Shown here: in pieces, positions 37,951-50,030 of the stretch
Numbering within the stretch: the first letter of the stretch is position 1
Layout: each line of letters begins with the position of its first letter
Source of the DNA: Phoronis australis
Lineage: Eukaryota; Animalia; Phoronida
DNA: 64,000 nucleotides
Direction: 5' to 3'
Assembly: GCA_002633005.1 (NCBI GenBank)
Contig: NMRA01000929.1
Coordinates: 32,210-96,209, forward strand
Notes under the pieces: model-generated
What the model was told of the DNA's origin: nothing
Seen by the model: only the letters and a program-made list of their open reading frames with translations
Database searches by the model: none
Made by a program: the position numbers and the translations under genes

Positions 37951-39791
37951 GGTAATACACTGATCTCACAGTAACAGCTATGAACTGCTTATATATTATG
38001 TAATGGGTGAATACATAGCGTTCTAATGCAGTGTTAAAGTCCTAGAAGCACACGTTTTAAACCCTTATTAAATGGTTAGAAGATATTATAACGGACCATG
38101 CAGTACTTATCCCATAACCAATACTCAATCCGTAGTCGAAGAAAGTTTAAATAAAAGCGTCACTCACGATTCTGACCCGAAGATCACACCCCCATTTTGA
38201 ATTAACCGCGAAACCCAGAAGTATAATTCATTCAGGAACCCAGGCTTAGTATACGCCGTCTGTGCGACTGGAGCAGCCTGTAAACCGAGATAAATTAATC
38301 GACAGTACAGAACCTCAAATTTCATATCACCAAAATAGGGACAATTTGTACTGAAAATGTTGACAAAATGTGGCAAAATAAATTTTGACAGAAATTATTT
38401 TGCCAGGCTCGGACCTGTAGCCGATGACCCGGAGCAGACCGATCGAGACCACTCGCAGTGACCAAAGACGAAGGCATGCCACCCCCGGCTCTTTTATTGG
38501 AATAAATGGTTCCAATCATGAATGCCGTATACATACAAAGATAGTTTCCGAAACTTCTATGAAATTACAGACTTTTTAAGGAACAGTCCTGCTCCAATGG
38601 AGCCGCCTATGGCGGGCTAGGCTAAGTGTGTTTTACTGGGTTTAATTAACTCTGATAAACAAATAGTAAAAGCAGAACAACAAACATGCAACATCAAATT
38701 ATTGAATAAAATTGCTATACAGTTAGAATATCCTGACAGTTAAACTTGCGAAAATATGGAAAATAAATTGAGACGCGACTTCGCTACGGCCAGGCGGCTG
38801 ATTGCCAGGCGGCTGATTGCCAAGAGAATACAACTTGGTGGCGAAATAATTTCAGGTAGAAAACTTGCCATGGTGCCAAATGGTATAATATAAGTATCAA
38901 TGAGTTTAAAGTCAAAGGAATAATTCCCACTTGGCCAGAAACATTCGTATATGCTGTTAGCCGGCAAGATGAAAACATTAAGTAGCTACCTGGCCCTGAA
39001 TGAGTGAAATTCTTGTGACAAAGTGATTAAAAAATACTGTGTTATGCTCCTAATACTGCAATGTTTTCCAATTGCCGACATTCAGCTCTTTGAGTGCGGC
39101 GCATAATTTTTATATTTAGACAACAAAGGTAATTTTGGTCTGTGAGGTTTGAAAATATATTTTCCCTGATAATTGAAAATCAAAGCCAATTTAGCAAAAG
39201 ATTATTTTCCCGGCGAAGAGTCACGGCAACTAAAGGTCCGGGAATTACCGGTTACTGTGCCAGGCAGAAAAATCAAGCACAGAATTGTGGAGCTCACTGT
39301 GTTGAGATAAAACTTGTTTTTATTTGTCGACTGAAACATCGCTGTATGCGGATGTATTTTTTTTTCTATTTTACATTTTCAACGGCCAGTAAAGCCAATA
39401 CCGATTTGCTGCCAATTACGCACTGCGCTAGCACGTCTGGGTAGTCACCGTGACACAGCAATTGCTCACTTCAGGCTGGTACTTTGCATCAATTTCAAGA
39501 CATGGCGACAAAGATAAGACATTTGTTGATCATGAAACTTTTTTCCACTAATTTATTACCTAAATGGGTACTAGCTGAAATTTGACGTACCCTCGCGATA
39601 AGTCAGGGCTGACATCAGTAGCCGAGCATTGGCTACGGGAGATTTTCCAACGGTACTTCACTAACTTACGATTATGTAATAAACAGAATACCATTCGTCA
39701 TATGCAAAGAACAGATAAAATCTGGACCATAAGTTTATATAAAAAGAACCAAAATGAGAATCAAAAACAACCAAACAAAGTAAGAACGCAT

Positions 39792-40479
39792 TTAGGCTCG
39801 TGGTGCTGTCAATACCTTTTCAAGGACAACATGATTGGCATTCAGGAATAGTTCCTGAACTGACACACAAGAACTCGGGTTACGGAAATAGAAGAGAATA
39901 GTCGATGATTTTCCGCTCTCGGCCAAGGTATAAAACTGTGCTAAAAAGGCTTTTAGTTTGATAATGGAAAGGATGTGAACATTCTGCTATGTTACATATC
40001 ACTTAATTTAGTACAAATTTTGAAGTTTTTGAACTAGAATGCCCTTTGAGATAAGGACTTTAATACTACGAACACTAAACAAACTCATAGCATCAGGCAT
40101 ATCATTGACATCAACATGGTATGTTCGAAATAGTTGCTGGCATGTGCAATGCAAGACAAAATAATGTTGTGCACTGCCTATGCAAATCATATGCACAATT
40201 CATTATTCCTACGCTAGCTGTGCCACAGACATTATGCAAACTAATTGAAAAAGTTTGAAATATTGAATGCACTGCTGCGTACGTATAAGAATAGTTTGAT
40301 GATGAACTCATAAAGATTTGATAGATGCAAAAGTGTGACAGGGCAATTAACTTTTCTTTCTTGTTTTTCAAACAAAACAAAACTGAGGTAGATCACGTAG
40401 ACATACCTTCCACATCATTTGCATAACGAGTTGAACACAATTAAGGTTATCACCTCCGTAAGTGCCAGCCACAGAGACA
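39792..40479 (-). pseudogene. Three phase-compatible terminal exons of an unidentified gene
   Basis: 40407-40479 VSVAGTYGGDNLNCVQLVMQMMWK|GTATGT; 40089-40136 QLFRTYHVDVNDMPDA (donor reads ATGAGT, presumed mutated GTGAGT); 39792-39854 ELFLNANHVVLEKVLTAPRA*. Confidence 0.45.
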
Positions 40480-40599
40480 CTTCAGAAATAAAAACAAAAA
40501 TTTGATTTGCAAAGTACGATCATCTGGAAGTCATTAATAGTATATTACCATCACAATAAACTTACAAACAAACTCTAAAAAGCAACACTGCCTTAATTG

Positions 40600-41900
40600 A
40601 TCAGACCAAGACTATTGTACTAACAGATCAATTAGAATCTGTCCTTATGGGTTTACAAACCAAACAAATAAGTCCTACTAGATCATTATTTTGATGCATA
40701 ACCTTGTGAAGGGTCTTGTGGAAAACCACCATGAAGTCGTACAAAAAATCTCAAGCGAATTTATGCTGTGCAGTAACAGGTTAATATAATGGCGCTAAAA
40801 GAAGTGAGACAAAAAAATAATCTTGCCTACGATCTCGCAAAAGGTCTCTTAAAGTGACTGAAAACTCATGGTCCACCCCAAAAAGCAGGCTTTTGACTTA
40901 AATCACAGCTATAAAAAATCAGCGTCAACTTTTTACTCGATTTCTGAGTTTGCAAAGAAATGACAGTTTGTTATTCCCATACTCGGTGGATAAAATGACA
41001 CGACATGACCAGCCAACTTGTAAAGCTTGGTCTTGAGCAAAAACAAACTGTCAATTCTTTAAAAGCAATAAATTCACCTTCAGTTTGACTGAGGAATAAT
41101 TTGAGACCAAATCAATATGGTTTTTGTGATGGAAGGTCGCTTATAGATGCTTTAAGACACAGGGGAGATAACACAAAATTTTTTAAAGATGTGCCAACTA
41201 TGCACTATTGAGGGTCTCTCATTTACATGTAGCGGTGCTTTTAATATTATCTTTGGTGTTTAAGACAGATACAAGCCATTCCACAAGATCGTGGATAAAT
41301 GATGTAAAACAATTAGCACACAAGAAGGAAGACTTTGATCATCAGTGCACATCCAAACAGGCCTCTAATTAATCCTGTGAGGGGTAAATGAGAAACAATG
41401 CCCTATTACTTAGCGGTAATCACCTATATCAGACTGGTGTACTTTTGAATTGACAAGTTAATTGACTGGAGCAGTGATGATAAATTTGCATGCTGTGAGA
41501 ACATGAGCCGATTTGCCATTAAGCTACTACGTAAATAACGTAAATAATGAATAACGTTATTTGCCTTTTTCGAGGACACTGACTTGTGAAGCTATGGATT
41601 CTCAGGTCATAACCAAGCAGTAAGTATAAAAGAGAGTACCATCTGGAACATCAAGACTAAAATAATACCAGGTAGTATTAATAGTGGTTTTACTCAATTT
41701 CAGCAAGACTAGAAGATTGCAGAAGAAACTGTCAAAAGTGCGAGGTAAGGTGAATTCTAATGACTTTTATTAGCATTGTGTGATCTCATTTGTCATTGCT
41801 ATAAGAACAACTTTCTAACAGTTGGCAAATTTACAAGTCTTACAGTTTAAACTATAAGTCATCAAATAAACTTAAATATGTTTGCTCTCACTTTTTGCTG
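40600..41900 (+). mobile_element. Degenerate CR1/L2-type LINE RT remnant
   Basis: 41101-41154 translates LRPNQYGFCDGRSLIDAL (QYGF.xGRS motif), with later KPF/KAF-like and FEDT (FADD-like) traces. Confidence 0.65.
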
Positions 41901-42938
41901 AGATCAAAACTGAAAAACAAAACTTGTTCAAACTCTCATTTTAACTCACATTTTCAAATCGATTGAGTGCTCGTTCCTGTTGAGAGAGTCAAAACGTCAC
42001 ACTGGAAGTATTTTTGGCTTGACTTGAAAACCTAACTACTAAGGGATTTCGAGTAGCAGACCCTTGAGCTGGAGATTGGAGATTACGATCTCAGCAGGCT
42101 AAAGTCTTTTAAGATGTCACTGGTTCACATTTAGATAATCAAAACACTTGAAAAACAGCAATTTAAAAATATGGCATGAATGAAATGGTAATACTTATCC
42201 AAACGCATAAAAACAAAGGATAACAAAATTACGTGCACCTGTATGCAAAATACTGTAGTTGTACAAAATTTTTGATGTTGTTTTAATATAAGAATATGGA
42301 CCTACAGTAAACGTTCGGGTTAACGCCCATGCTCAGTTAACTGCCCACCCCCTACTTTAGGTGGATTTTCGATTTAACCGCCCACTGCTCGGTTAAGCGC
42401 CCACCTGCGATTTTTGAAGATTTCCAGTTAAGCGCCCACCTCTCGGTTAAGCGCCCATCCCCGACTTTTAAAGAATGAAGATTTAGCGTCCAGTGCTAAG
42501 GAAACGTGCGATTTCCCAACTTTTAGAAAAAGATCGATGACCACAAAGAACGCAACGACGCAGGGCTTCTGAGACGGTGGTTTAGCAATGTGAATTACAA
42601 TTCAAGTAACGAGTTATTGTCTTGGGTCATGGACTCACTTCAAAATATAATACTTGAACATTTTTGTCACTTTATTTTCTTCCCATGTTTGCAAAGTTTA
42701 AGAACGCCGCCGGCGTCAAAACCTCCGCTTCCAGCGACTTTGTCTGCCGCGCGAGTTTCCATCTGTAGTGCACAAGATAAAACATATATTCGAAAAAATC
42801 AGGCCAGAGAAATGTGACAATGGTTTTGCCAACCCTCCAAATTCTATTAAGGTGGGAAGCTCTCGTATTTTGAACAAATCGCACAACTCACGGAAAGATG
42901 TCAAATTCTCAATATTTTGATGAATGTAACTGCCAGGT

Positions 42939-44250
42939 TACGGTAAAGTCGCATGATTTTCGGACGGCCCGCCATTTTCGACCAAGAATAAATATTTCCG
43001 AAATGAGTTTTTCATAGTCCACGAAATTCGTACAAGGTCCAAAAACTGTTTTTCAAAGATCCTCAAATTTCGGACATTATCATAAACATCGGAATTTTGT
43101 CCCGCGACTTTTGGACAAGGAAAATTTTAGAAACGGTAATTTGGGATCGACGCACCTCCCGTGTCACTAAAGCGTTCAACGGATGATTACTACTGTATAA
43201 GGCTCGAGTCCGAGAATCGGTATAACGGGTTTGTAATTTTTACCTTGTCTTGACGATGTCACGAACGTTACTCGATTGTCTTGCGTTTAGCTTGTGTTTG
43301 GCGCTTTAGCTATGAAAAGAATCACCGAGTTCCGCTTAACGCGAATTTCTGATGAAAATGCAAATAGGAAATACACCGAAGGCTTCAACTTTTCGTTGTA
43401 GCGTAACATGTGCTCTGGTTTGAATAGGCCGTGCTGTTCGACTCCCGACTGTGACATTGAACATGCACGCCTGACATCAACTTGCGTGTTTACGAAACGT
43501 TTTTATTTTAAAACATCCTGGCCTTTGCAAATGCCCAACTATCGCCGGACAATAAGTTTTGCTGCCACTTACCTGCATCCCGGCGAATGATTGAAATCTT
43601 CGTGCAGCCATTCTGGGCTTGCTTAATAATTTTGAATGGGACAGTTAGCAAGGAATGAGCCACCACTGACTAACATTCAGACGTGCTTCTGACAACACAA
43701 TTTTTGTGTTGAAACGAAAATTTTTCATTAAAAATCTGTTTGCAGTTCAAACGTCTTTCGTTTTTCAGTGTCTTCTTGGTAGTGCTCATTCGTGTAATGT
43801 GTTAAGCAGTGTAAGGCCCAGCACTCAGAACGGCGCGCTGGCGCAGTGCCGCACACGCAATTGCTACAGGGACACTGCATTACTGCCTTATGTTGTGTAA
43901 GTGCCTGTACTATAACACATATCAAAAACTAATATACACCCACGTAACCACGCTTCACTATCCATACAAATTCTCTATCTCTGATAAGCATCACAGATGC
44001 AAGAATCTCGCTAAAGAAGCTAGTGTGATCGTGTGCTTCGCTTGCCATACGTCTCGAAGTCTTCTGACTAGCGTGCTCGCGAGATTCTCACCCTTGCGGC
44101 CCTGGACGAAGACTAAGGTAGAGTTCAGTAGCTGTCTTGGGAATAGAAAAATCTAGCCAAAATCACGTTTTCAACTGAATATACACAATATATCACGAAA
44201 TTTCATGAATCATTGCTTTTTAGTGAAGTCCTAGCGTTACGAGCTTTACC
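42939..44250 (+). mobile_element. Nested TA-inserting element, family E (right boundary uncertain)
   Basis: Begins TACGGTAAAGTCGCATGATTTTCGGACGGCC exactly where homology to copy B1 stops. The same terminus is at 60237 and related termini at ~14580-14604, 17721, ~50926 and ~51948. Confidence 0.55.
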
Positions 44251-44354
44251 CCTATGTAGACCTAAAAAAGATTGAATATGCCGCGACCAGATTTTGCTTG
44301 CTCATCCACTGGTCTGTGTATTTGTGGTCTTTTTAATTCGCGCCTTGAACCGTC

Positions 44355-44865
44355 TGAGGTACAACACCCTGGACTCCATGGTGTTCCGAGATTAAGATGA
44401 ATCCCGACAACTGAGGACACCGGGACATGGGCGGCGCACCATAGGGGACTGGGGGGGCTATAACCTCCCACTTTTTTCAGTGCTACGCCACGCATGGTCA
44501 AGAGGCGATGCACCACAGGGGTCTGAGAGGGCTTTAGCCCCCCACTTTTTTCAGTGCTGCGCCGCCCAAGCGGTACCCTGTGGCACTCGATCTCTGTCTG
44601 CAGCGACCATAAGAAAATCCTCCAATCATTTCGAAACATGATAAGTCAGTTGAATCAGATTTGTTAGTTGTTGCTTCTTGCGGTCCTAGGAGTAGGCTAA
44701 CAAGAATACAGGACCTGCAGTCCGATGCAACGAGCCTGGGACCTTATAGGTGTTTCCGACCTGGAGTTGCATATCTACTTTCCACAGGGCCTAGTCTTCT
44801 TGTCCATGTCACTGCCTTCAGTTGATAGTTTTGAGACAAAAAAGAAACGTGATCTTAAACTACAG
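44355..44865 (+). repeat. Interspersed repeat family C, copy 2
   Basis: Collinear with 12335-12680 apart from the 44426-44570 insertion. Confidence 0.75.
44426..44570 (-). mobile_element. 145-bp dimeric mini-MITE (CATGGGCGGCGC TIR, 5-bp TSD)
   Basis: Two ~70-bp units flanked by CGGGA/CGGTA. The empty site GACAC-TGGTA-CCC is visible in the paralog at ~12390. Confidence 0.8.
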
Positions 44866-47770
44866 GCCATGCTTTTTGTGTTACTGACCGAACAGTGCTG
44901 CAGTGCGATTTTGCAAGTGATATAAATAGGATAATCTGGACATCCTGCATGAAAAATAGATGTTTCTTCCACCACAAAGTTTGGTAAGGTGATCGTTTAA
45001 GAATGAATTGAAACATTGCTGTTTTGTGGCGTTTTATCACATGTTTATGCCGTGGCTCGAAATTTTATTGTTGATTGATGAGTGGCTCACCCCGATTCTT
45101 GTCTTAGGCCTACTTCTTTGCCGAGCATGTTTGGCGCAACGGCAAGTGAGCAATGCCGGGCGGTCGAGATAAAACAGCTAGCCACAGAACCATACGCTGA
45201 AAATGTCATTGAGTCACAGAGTGTCGACATCCCAAACACAAAAAACATCTGAATTAAGTTCATCAAACTTTTATTACAACTAATTTTAAAACTGCTCTCT
45301 GACTATGAACTTGGCAGCTAGTACGAGACTGTAACCATAAATTTGATGTCTGCTGTGACCTCTGCAACACGTGAAGCTTGCACACGTGCACTTTAACAAG
45401 GTCACATCTTGAAATATTTGCAATTCAAGTAGAGGCTGCGTGGTCTCTGCCTCTGGTCGTCTGCGCTGCGCAGGGCAAAGTAACAAGACAGCAGGACGGC
45501 ACGGGGCTGTTACTCAGCAATTCTGTAAATTTAATAGTGAATAACTAATCTGAGGGCAAGAAAACCTTTGTTGGGATCATCCGCTGTTATGACATTTTCC
45601 CCGTCATGTGGCGACGTGACTATAACGCTCTTTGAAAAGTGCTACGCGTTCCGAGTGCGTGGGTGGTGTGGGGACTTAGATCACGAGGTAAGATTAACCG
45701 CCAAGGGCGGTTGCCTGTCGTAATAAGCGCCCATGTTCGGTTAACCGCCCACCCTGGATTTCTTGAAATTTCACGTTTAAGCGCCCATGTCTGGTTAACC
45801 GCCCACTCCCGATTTTTTGGGTTTGCCAGTTTAATCGCCCAGGGCGTTAACCCGAACGTTTACGGTATTGTAATACGACATTTGTGAGACATGAAGTAGG
45901 GTGGACTTATGTCCCTGACTTCCCTTGACGTCATGACGATAACCTGTGGGAATAGGTCTGAGGTTTGTAAGATCGCCACTATAGACCTTCAACCAGCAAG
46001 ATGGCAGTTTTGTCCCACTTTTCTGCTTTGGAAACCCACAAGTTTTCTAATTCTTCTAATTAACAAGGGTACGGCGATTAATCAAATTATAACTGAGATG
46101 CAATGCGGGAGTGATCGATTTCGATATCAATATGTTCAGGACCATTTCAGTTAGATTTTTTAGTTCCAATTTTCGCTGTCGAAAGTTACAAATTATTTGT
46201 ATCTCTTGAAAGGTATTATTGAGATATTGAACAAATAAACAGCTTAAGATTATTAATTAGATATAATCTTATCACATTTAACAACTTTGTTGCTAAAACT
46301 GGTACAAATGGTAAGTCAAGTATTTACATTATTTAGAAAATAAATTACAAACAAGAATCAAATTTAAAATAATCGTAATTAACTGTAACATAAAACAAAC
46401 TGAATTTAATCCTAAAAAAGTCCATCGTACCACCCCTACTATAAGCACATGGACGAGAAGTGAAAATCTGTTTTTTAAATTTCACCCCAAAAATGAAAAT
46501 AAAGATTATAGTTTTAGTCTAGTACTAGCACAGTTTGTACTATGAAATATCATAACACATCGTTAAGTTCCATTCATTTGCAGAAAGATAATTAGCCTTT
46601 GAAACTAGATAAATGACAATTTTTCAATTGCTTTTCTGCAAAATAAGTGGGTAGTTATAAGTGAATGCTTATACACTGACATTAGTCAATGAGCTTGTAT
46701 CGCTGTACCGTCATTGAGTTAAGCACATAATTTTTTAGCACCAGTAATTGTTAACAAGCATAGCTCAGGGAATCCCAGAGCTTATTAGGGTTACCTAGAA
46801 TCCCAGAAATTGCCCAAATTTGGCATTTAACTTCAGATCGTTACACTTCAGCCGAGTTCAACCTAGTTTTGTAGACATTTGTCCAAGTACATATTATATT
46901 TGTTGATAAAGTAAGACATAAACTTATGGTTATGAAGTTATGTAGGAACAGAGAAATAAGTCCAATTTTAGCTAACTTGAGAGCACCATATCTTATCACC
47001 TTTAAATGAAACTTTCAGACATTAGGTTTTATACACTGTTTTCCAAAACTTAGAATTTGCTTTTAAACTGATTTAATTCTGCACGAGGGGCTATCATAAT
47101 TGGACTTCTACAATGTTTTAGAAATAATGTTTTAGAAAAAATATCCACATTTGTGAAATCTCATTTTGAACATTGTATAACACAAGATTAGATTATTTTA
47201 TTGCTAATATGGCATACCTTTCTTATTGCGAGATCTTACTTAAAAGTACGTCAAAAATAGAGCTACGATTTCTAAGAAAAAACAAACTAAAAAATGCATA
47301 AAACAAAAAAGGAATGATGATTTTGTGCTCGGAAACTACGCATTTTTAGTTCAAATCTATAGTAGATATTTGCCGATAAGGTCATACATCAACAGTAAGC
47401 TCTTATCAAGAAAATGATGTGCTACAACTAAACCAGTGGATGTAAATCTGCAAAAGATAACTGGTTATACAAAGATCTAGTCAGTAATTAATCGATTCCT
47501 TAAATTCCCCGTGTAAGTCCAATGAGCTCAACTAATCTAGTATATTTTTTATCAAGAACAAGCCCAGTATAAATAACCATAATTGACAACAAAAGATGGC
47601 AAGATTCAGTATAATCTGCACAATCCTAAAAATGAAATGCGGACACAAATGGGCTGCTATGAACAAAGCAGCACATAAGATAACGAACCTCATTAGCTGT
47701 ATTACTAAGACTCAAAGTCATGTATTTGAAGAAAAATGTCACTCCATGTTGGCAGCTTGCCAACACTTAC

Positions 47771-50030
47771 TGAAATGCCCTGCCTTGAGAACAGCAGATG
47801 ACATCTGGTTTACAACTGTTACAGTGGAGAGTTCAATGTCTTCTTTTCATCCTGTACCAATTAGATTTATAACTAACTTAATTAAATAAGAGCTGTCAAT
47901 TTTTAAAAATTGTTTCCTATTTAAATACTACTTCACCTGTTTCTGTAGCACAGCCACAGCACATGTGTGTGCTCGGATAAGAACACTAAGTGTTAAGTGC
48001 CGTGAGCGCATGCCCTCTGAGTTATTTCTCAGCATAGGAAATATGAATATGGTTACACAGGACCATAGAAATATGTCCAAGAAATGGATGATGGGGCTCA
48101 CATGAAACTGTCACACATCAGTGCTTTATACACAGGTCTGCAAAACTCAGCGAGGGATTATTTTTTAAACTGATCCACTGTTGCATGAGGGGCTATCGAA
48201 AATGTGACGTTTGTGATTTTTAATAATAGCCTCAAAAGTAATATAATATGAAAACAAAATAACTTACACAGTTAAGCAATGTTGAGATTCAGCTTTAACC
48301 TTGATAGCAAAAGAAACTTGGTCACGTTATTGACACTATTGTTTAGCTATGACTGCTAATAAACTTAATAAAATGACATGGTCATGTGACCCTATCAAAA
48401 GCAGATCGGTGTAAAGTCAAAAATCAAATACTGCAAGCATTCTGCTTTTGGAATATATATACATACTTTTTCTCGAGTTAAATTCTTTAGTTTTGTATTC
48501 GGCTGAATGTCTACTCCTGTCAAAAAGGTCCTACATAAAGCATTGCTTTTGATGTTACCTTCAGCAAAGACAGATTCTTGGTTATCTGTGAAACTTAAGA
48601 CATGTACCAATTGAAGTTAATCATTGCTGTCAATACCATGCAACAACAGAAAAGTAAAGGGTCCATCAGAAGGTCATCAGAAGGTCAGCATCTTCAATCT
48701 TCATTGAGTGTCACTAGGAAAACAAAATGTCTGATTTGTCATTGAAGACCGTCTGTCAGTCTTCCTGTTTGCTAGAAGGGTGCCAGTGCTGATGCCACTA
48801 AGTATTGAGTCGAGGAGGCAGTGTGGCCTTAGTGGCCAGGTGTCTGCATCCCCTATTCAAGGTCATGGGTTCAAGTCCCACTGGGGCACTCTGTTAGACC
48901 CTTGAGTCCCGTCTCTAGCAACTCGATTGGGTTTTGTATACTGATAAAGCACAAAAATGGTTTCCCGTCTGCTACAATGTATACCAGACTGCCTGCAACT
49001 AGTAATAACTGCTGGGATGTTTAAAACACTTTCTATTGTTGCCTGGATAGTAATAAACAGCGTGGGAACAGCAATTTATGTAAATGAGTATTTTTGTAAA
49101 CTTCGAAAATAGTTGCTTTCTCCTTTAAAGTCGTAATGGCATCAAGAACATCCACAGGTGTCAGGTTTGTTCTCAATAAAGCAAAACCATCCTTTCTTAT
49201 CTTCTGCTTGAATTCACATTGGTTACAAGACAGAGCTCTTGTGATGGCCACACTTGGTGAAATACTGAAAGAGTCAAGTCATAAGACGGGTTATGCAAAA
49301 TGATCATCTAATGATTCTGCTAATTAGGTTGGTAGCAGAATGTGCTATTGTGAGCCATGACTTTTTAGACAGTGTGCTGGAAGACTCAGGTTCAAAGCTA
49401 ACACAAGTTGTAACCTTATTTTCAGGCCAGCTCTGATTCAAACAATTTCTGCATGGAAACACAAAAATAGGTAGAAACAATAGTTCAATACAGTCAGCCA
49501 GCAGGGTAGCTGATTTGTAACATGACCCCACCAAATCCAGAGGGCGTTTCCATTCTGATCATCAGATACTGCTTCCATTTTCATAAAACAAAATTGGATA
49601 AAGCTGAGATATGCTGGCTGGCTACATACATCCAATTGGTTTTCAAATTGGGCATATTTACCTAAGGCATACAGCCTTGGCAGCTGAGACTAAATTAGAC
49701 TGAAACTAGCTTGCCATGACAAACAACTCAACAGGCGTGGTGTGAAGCAAAACTGATTTGCCAGTTGTTATGAAGCCTAGAAATCCTTTCTAATCTGAGT
49801 AAGGAACAAGGCTTGACTGTTGCAGCAAAGGTAAGTGCACTAAATCAGATGTTGGTTTTAACAGAAGGTACTGTCTTCTAAAAACTTTATTACACTTACT
49901 GAATAGTAAAATCTTACCAATTTCAGACAAAAGTAATGGGAGACTTTCAAGTAGCAACTTGGCAACTGTCAGGTGGGACCGGATAGTACCAGTGGCCTTT
50001 AGAGGACGAGGAGGCATTTTATAACTTTTT
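47771..50030 (-). pseudogene. Decayed multi-exon coding region (unidentified; possibly the 5' part of the gene ending at 39792)
   Basis: Exon-like segments: MPPRPLKATGTIRSHLTVAKLLLESLPLLLSEI|GTAAG (~49918-50017); D*KGFLGFITTGKSVLLHTTPVELFVM|GCAAG (~49714-49794); SPSVAITRALSCNQCEFKQKIRKDGFALLRTNL (~49130-49265); 48467-48585 open (DNQESVFAEGNIKSNALCRTFLTGVDIQPNTKLKNLTREK|GTATGT); 47771-47851 (G*KEDIELSTVTVVNQMSSAVLKAGHF|GTAAGT). Confidence 0.45.
48812..49000 (+). mobile_element. tRNA-derived SINE (same family as 6257)
   Basis: A-box-like TGGCCTTAGTGG and B-box GGTTCAAGTCCC (48868-48879), with the shared body. Confidence 0.65.

Larger units (their letters stand above)
42303..45867. mobile_element. 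Second copy of family B with nested insertions replacing its middle
   Basis: TIRs TA|CAGTAAACGTTCGGGTTAACGCCC and GGGCGTTAACCCGAACGTTTACGG|TA. Matches the first copy up to 42938 and again from ~44893. Confidence 0.9.

Noticed and set aside
45897-46439. Possible TIR element (AGGGTGG ... CCACCCCT)
   Set aside because: The inverted match is too short and there is no second copy in the window.
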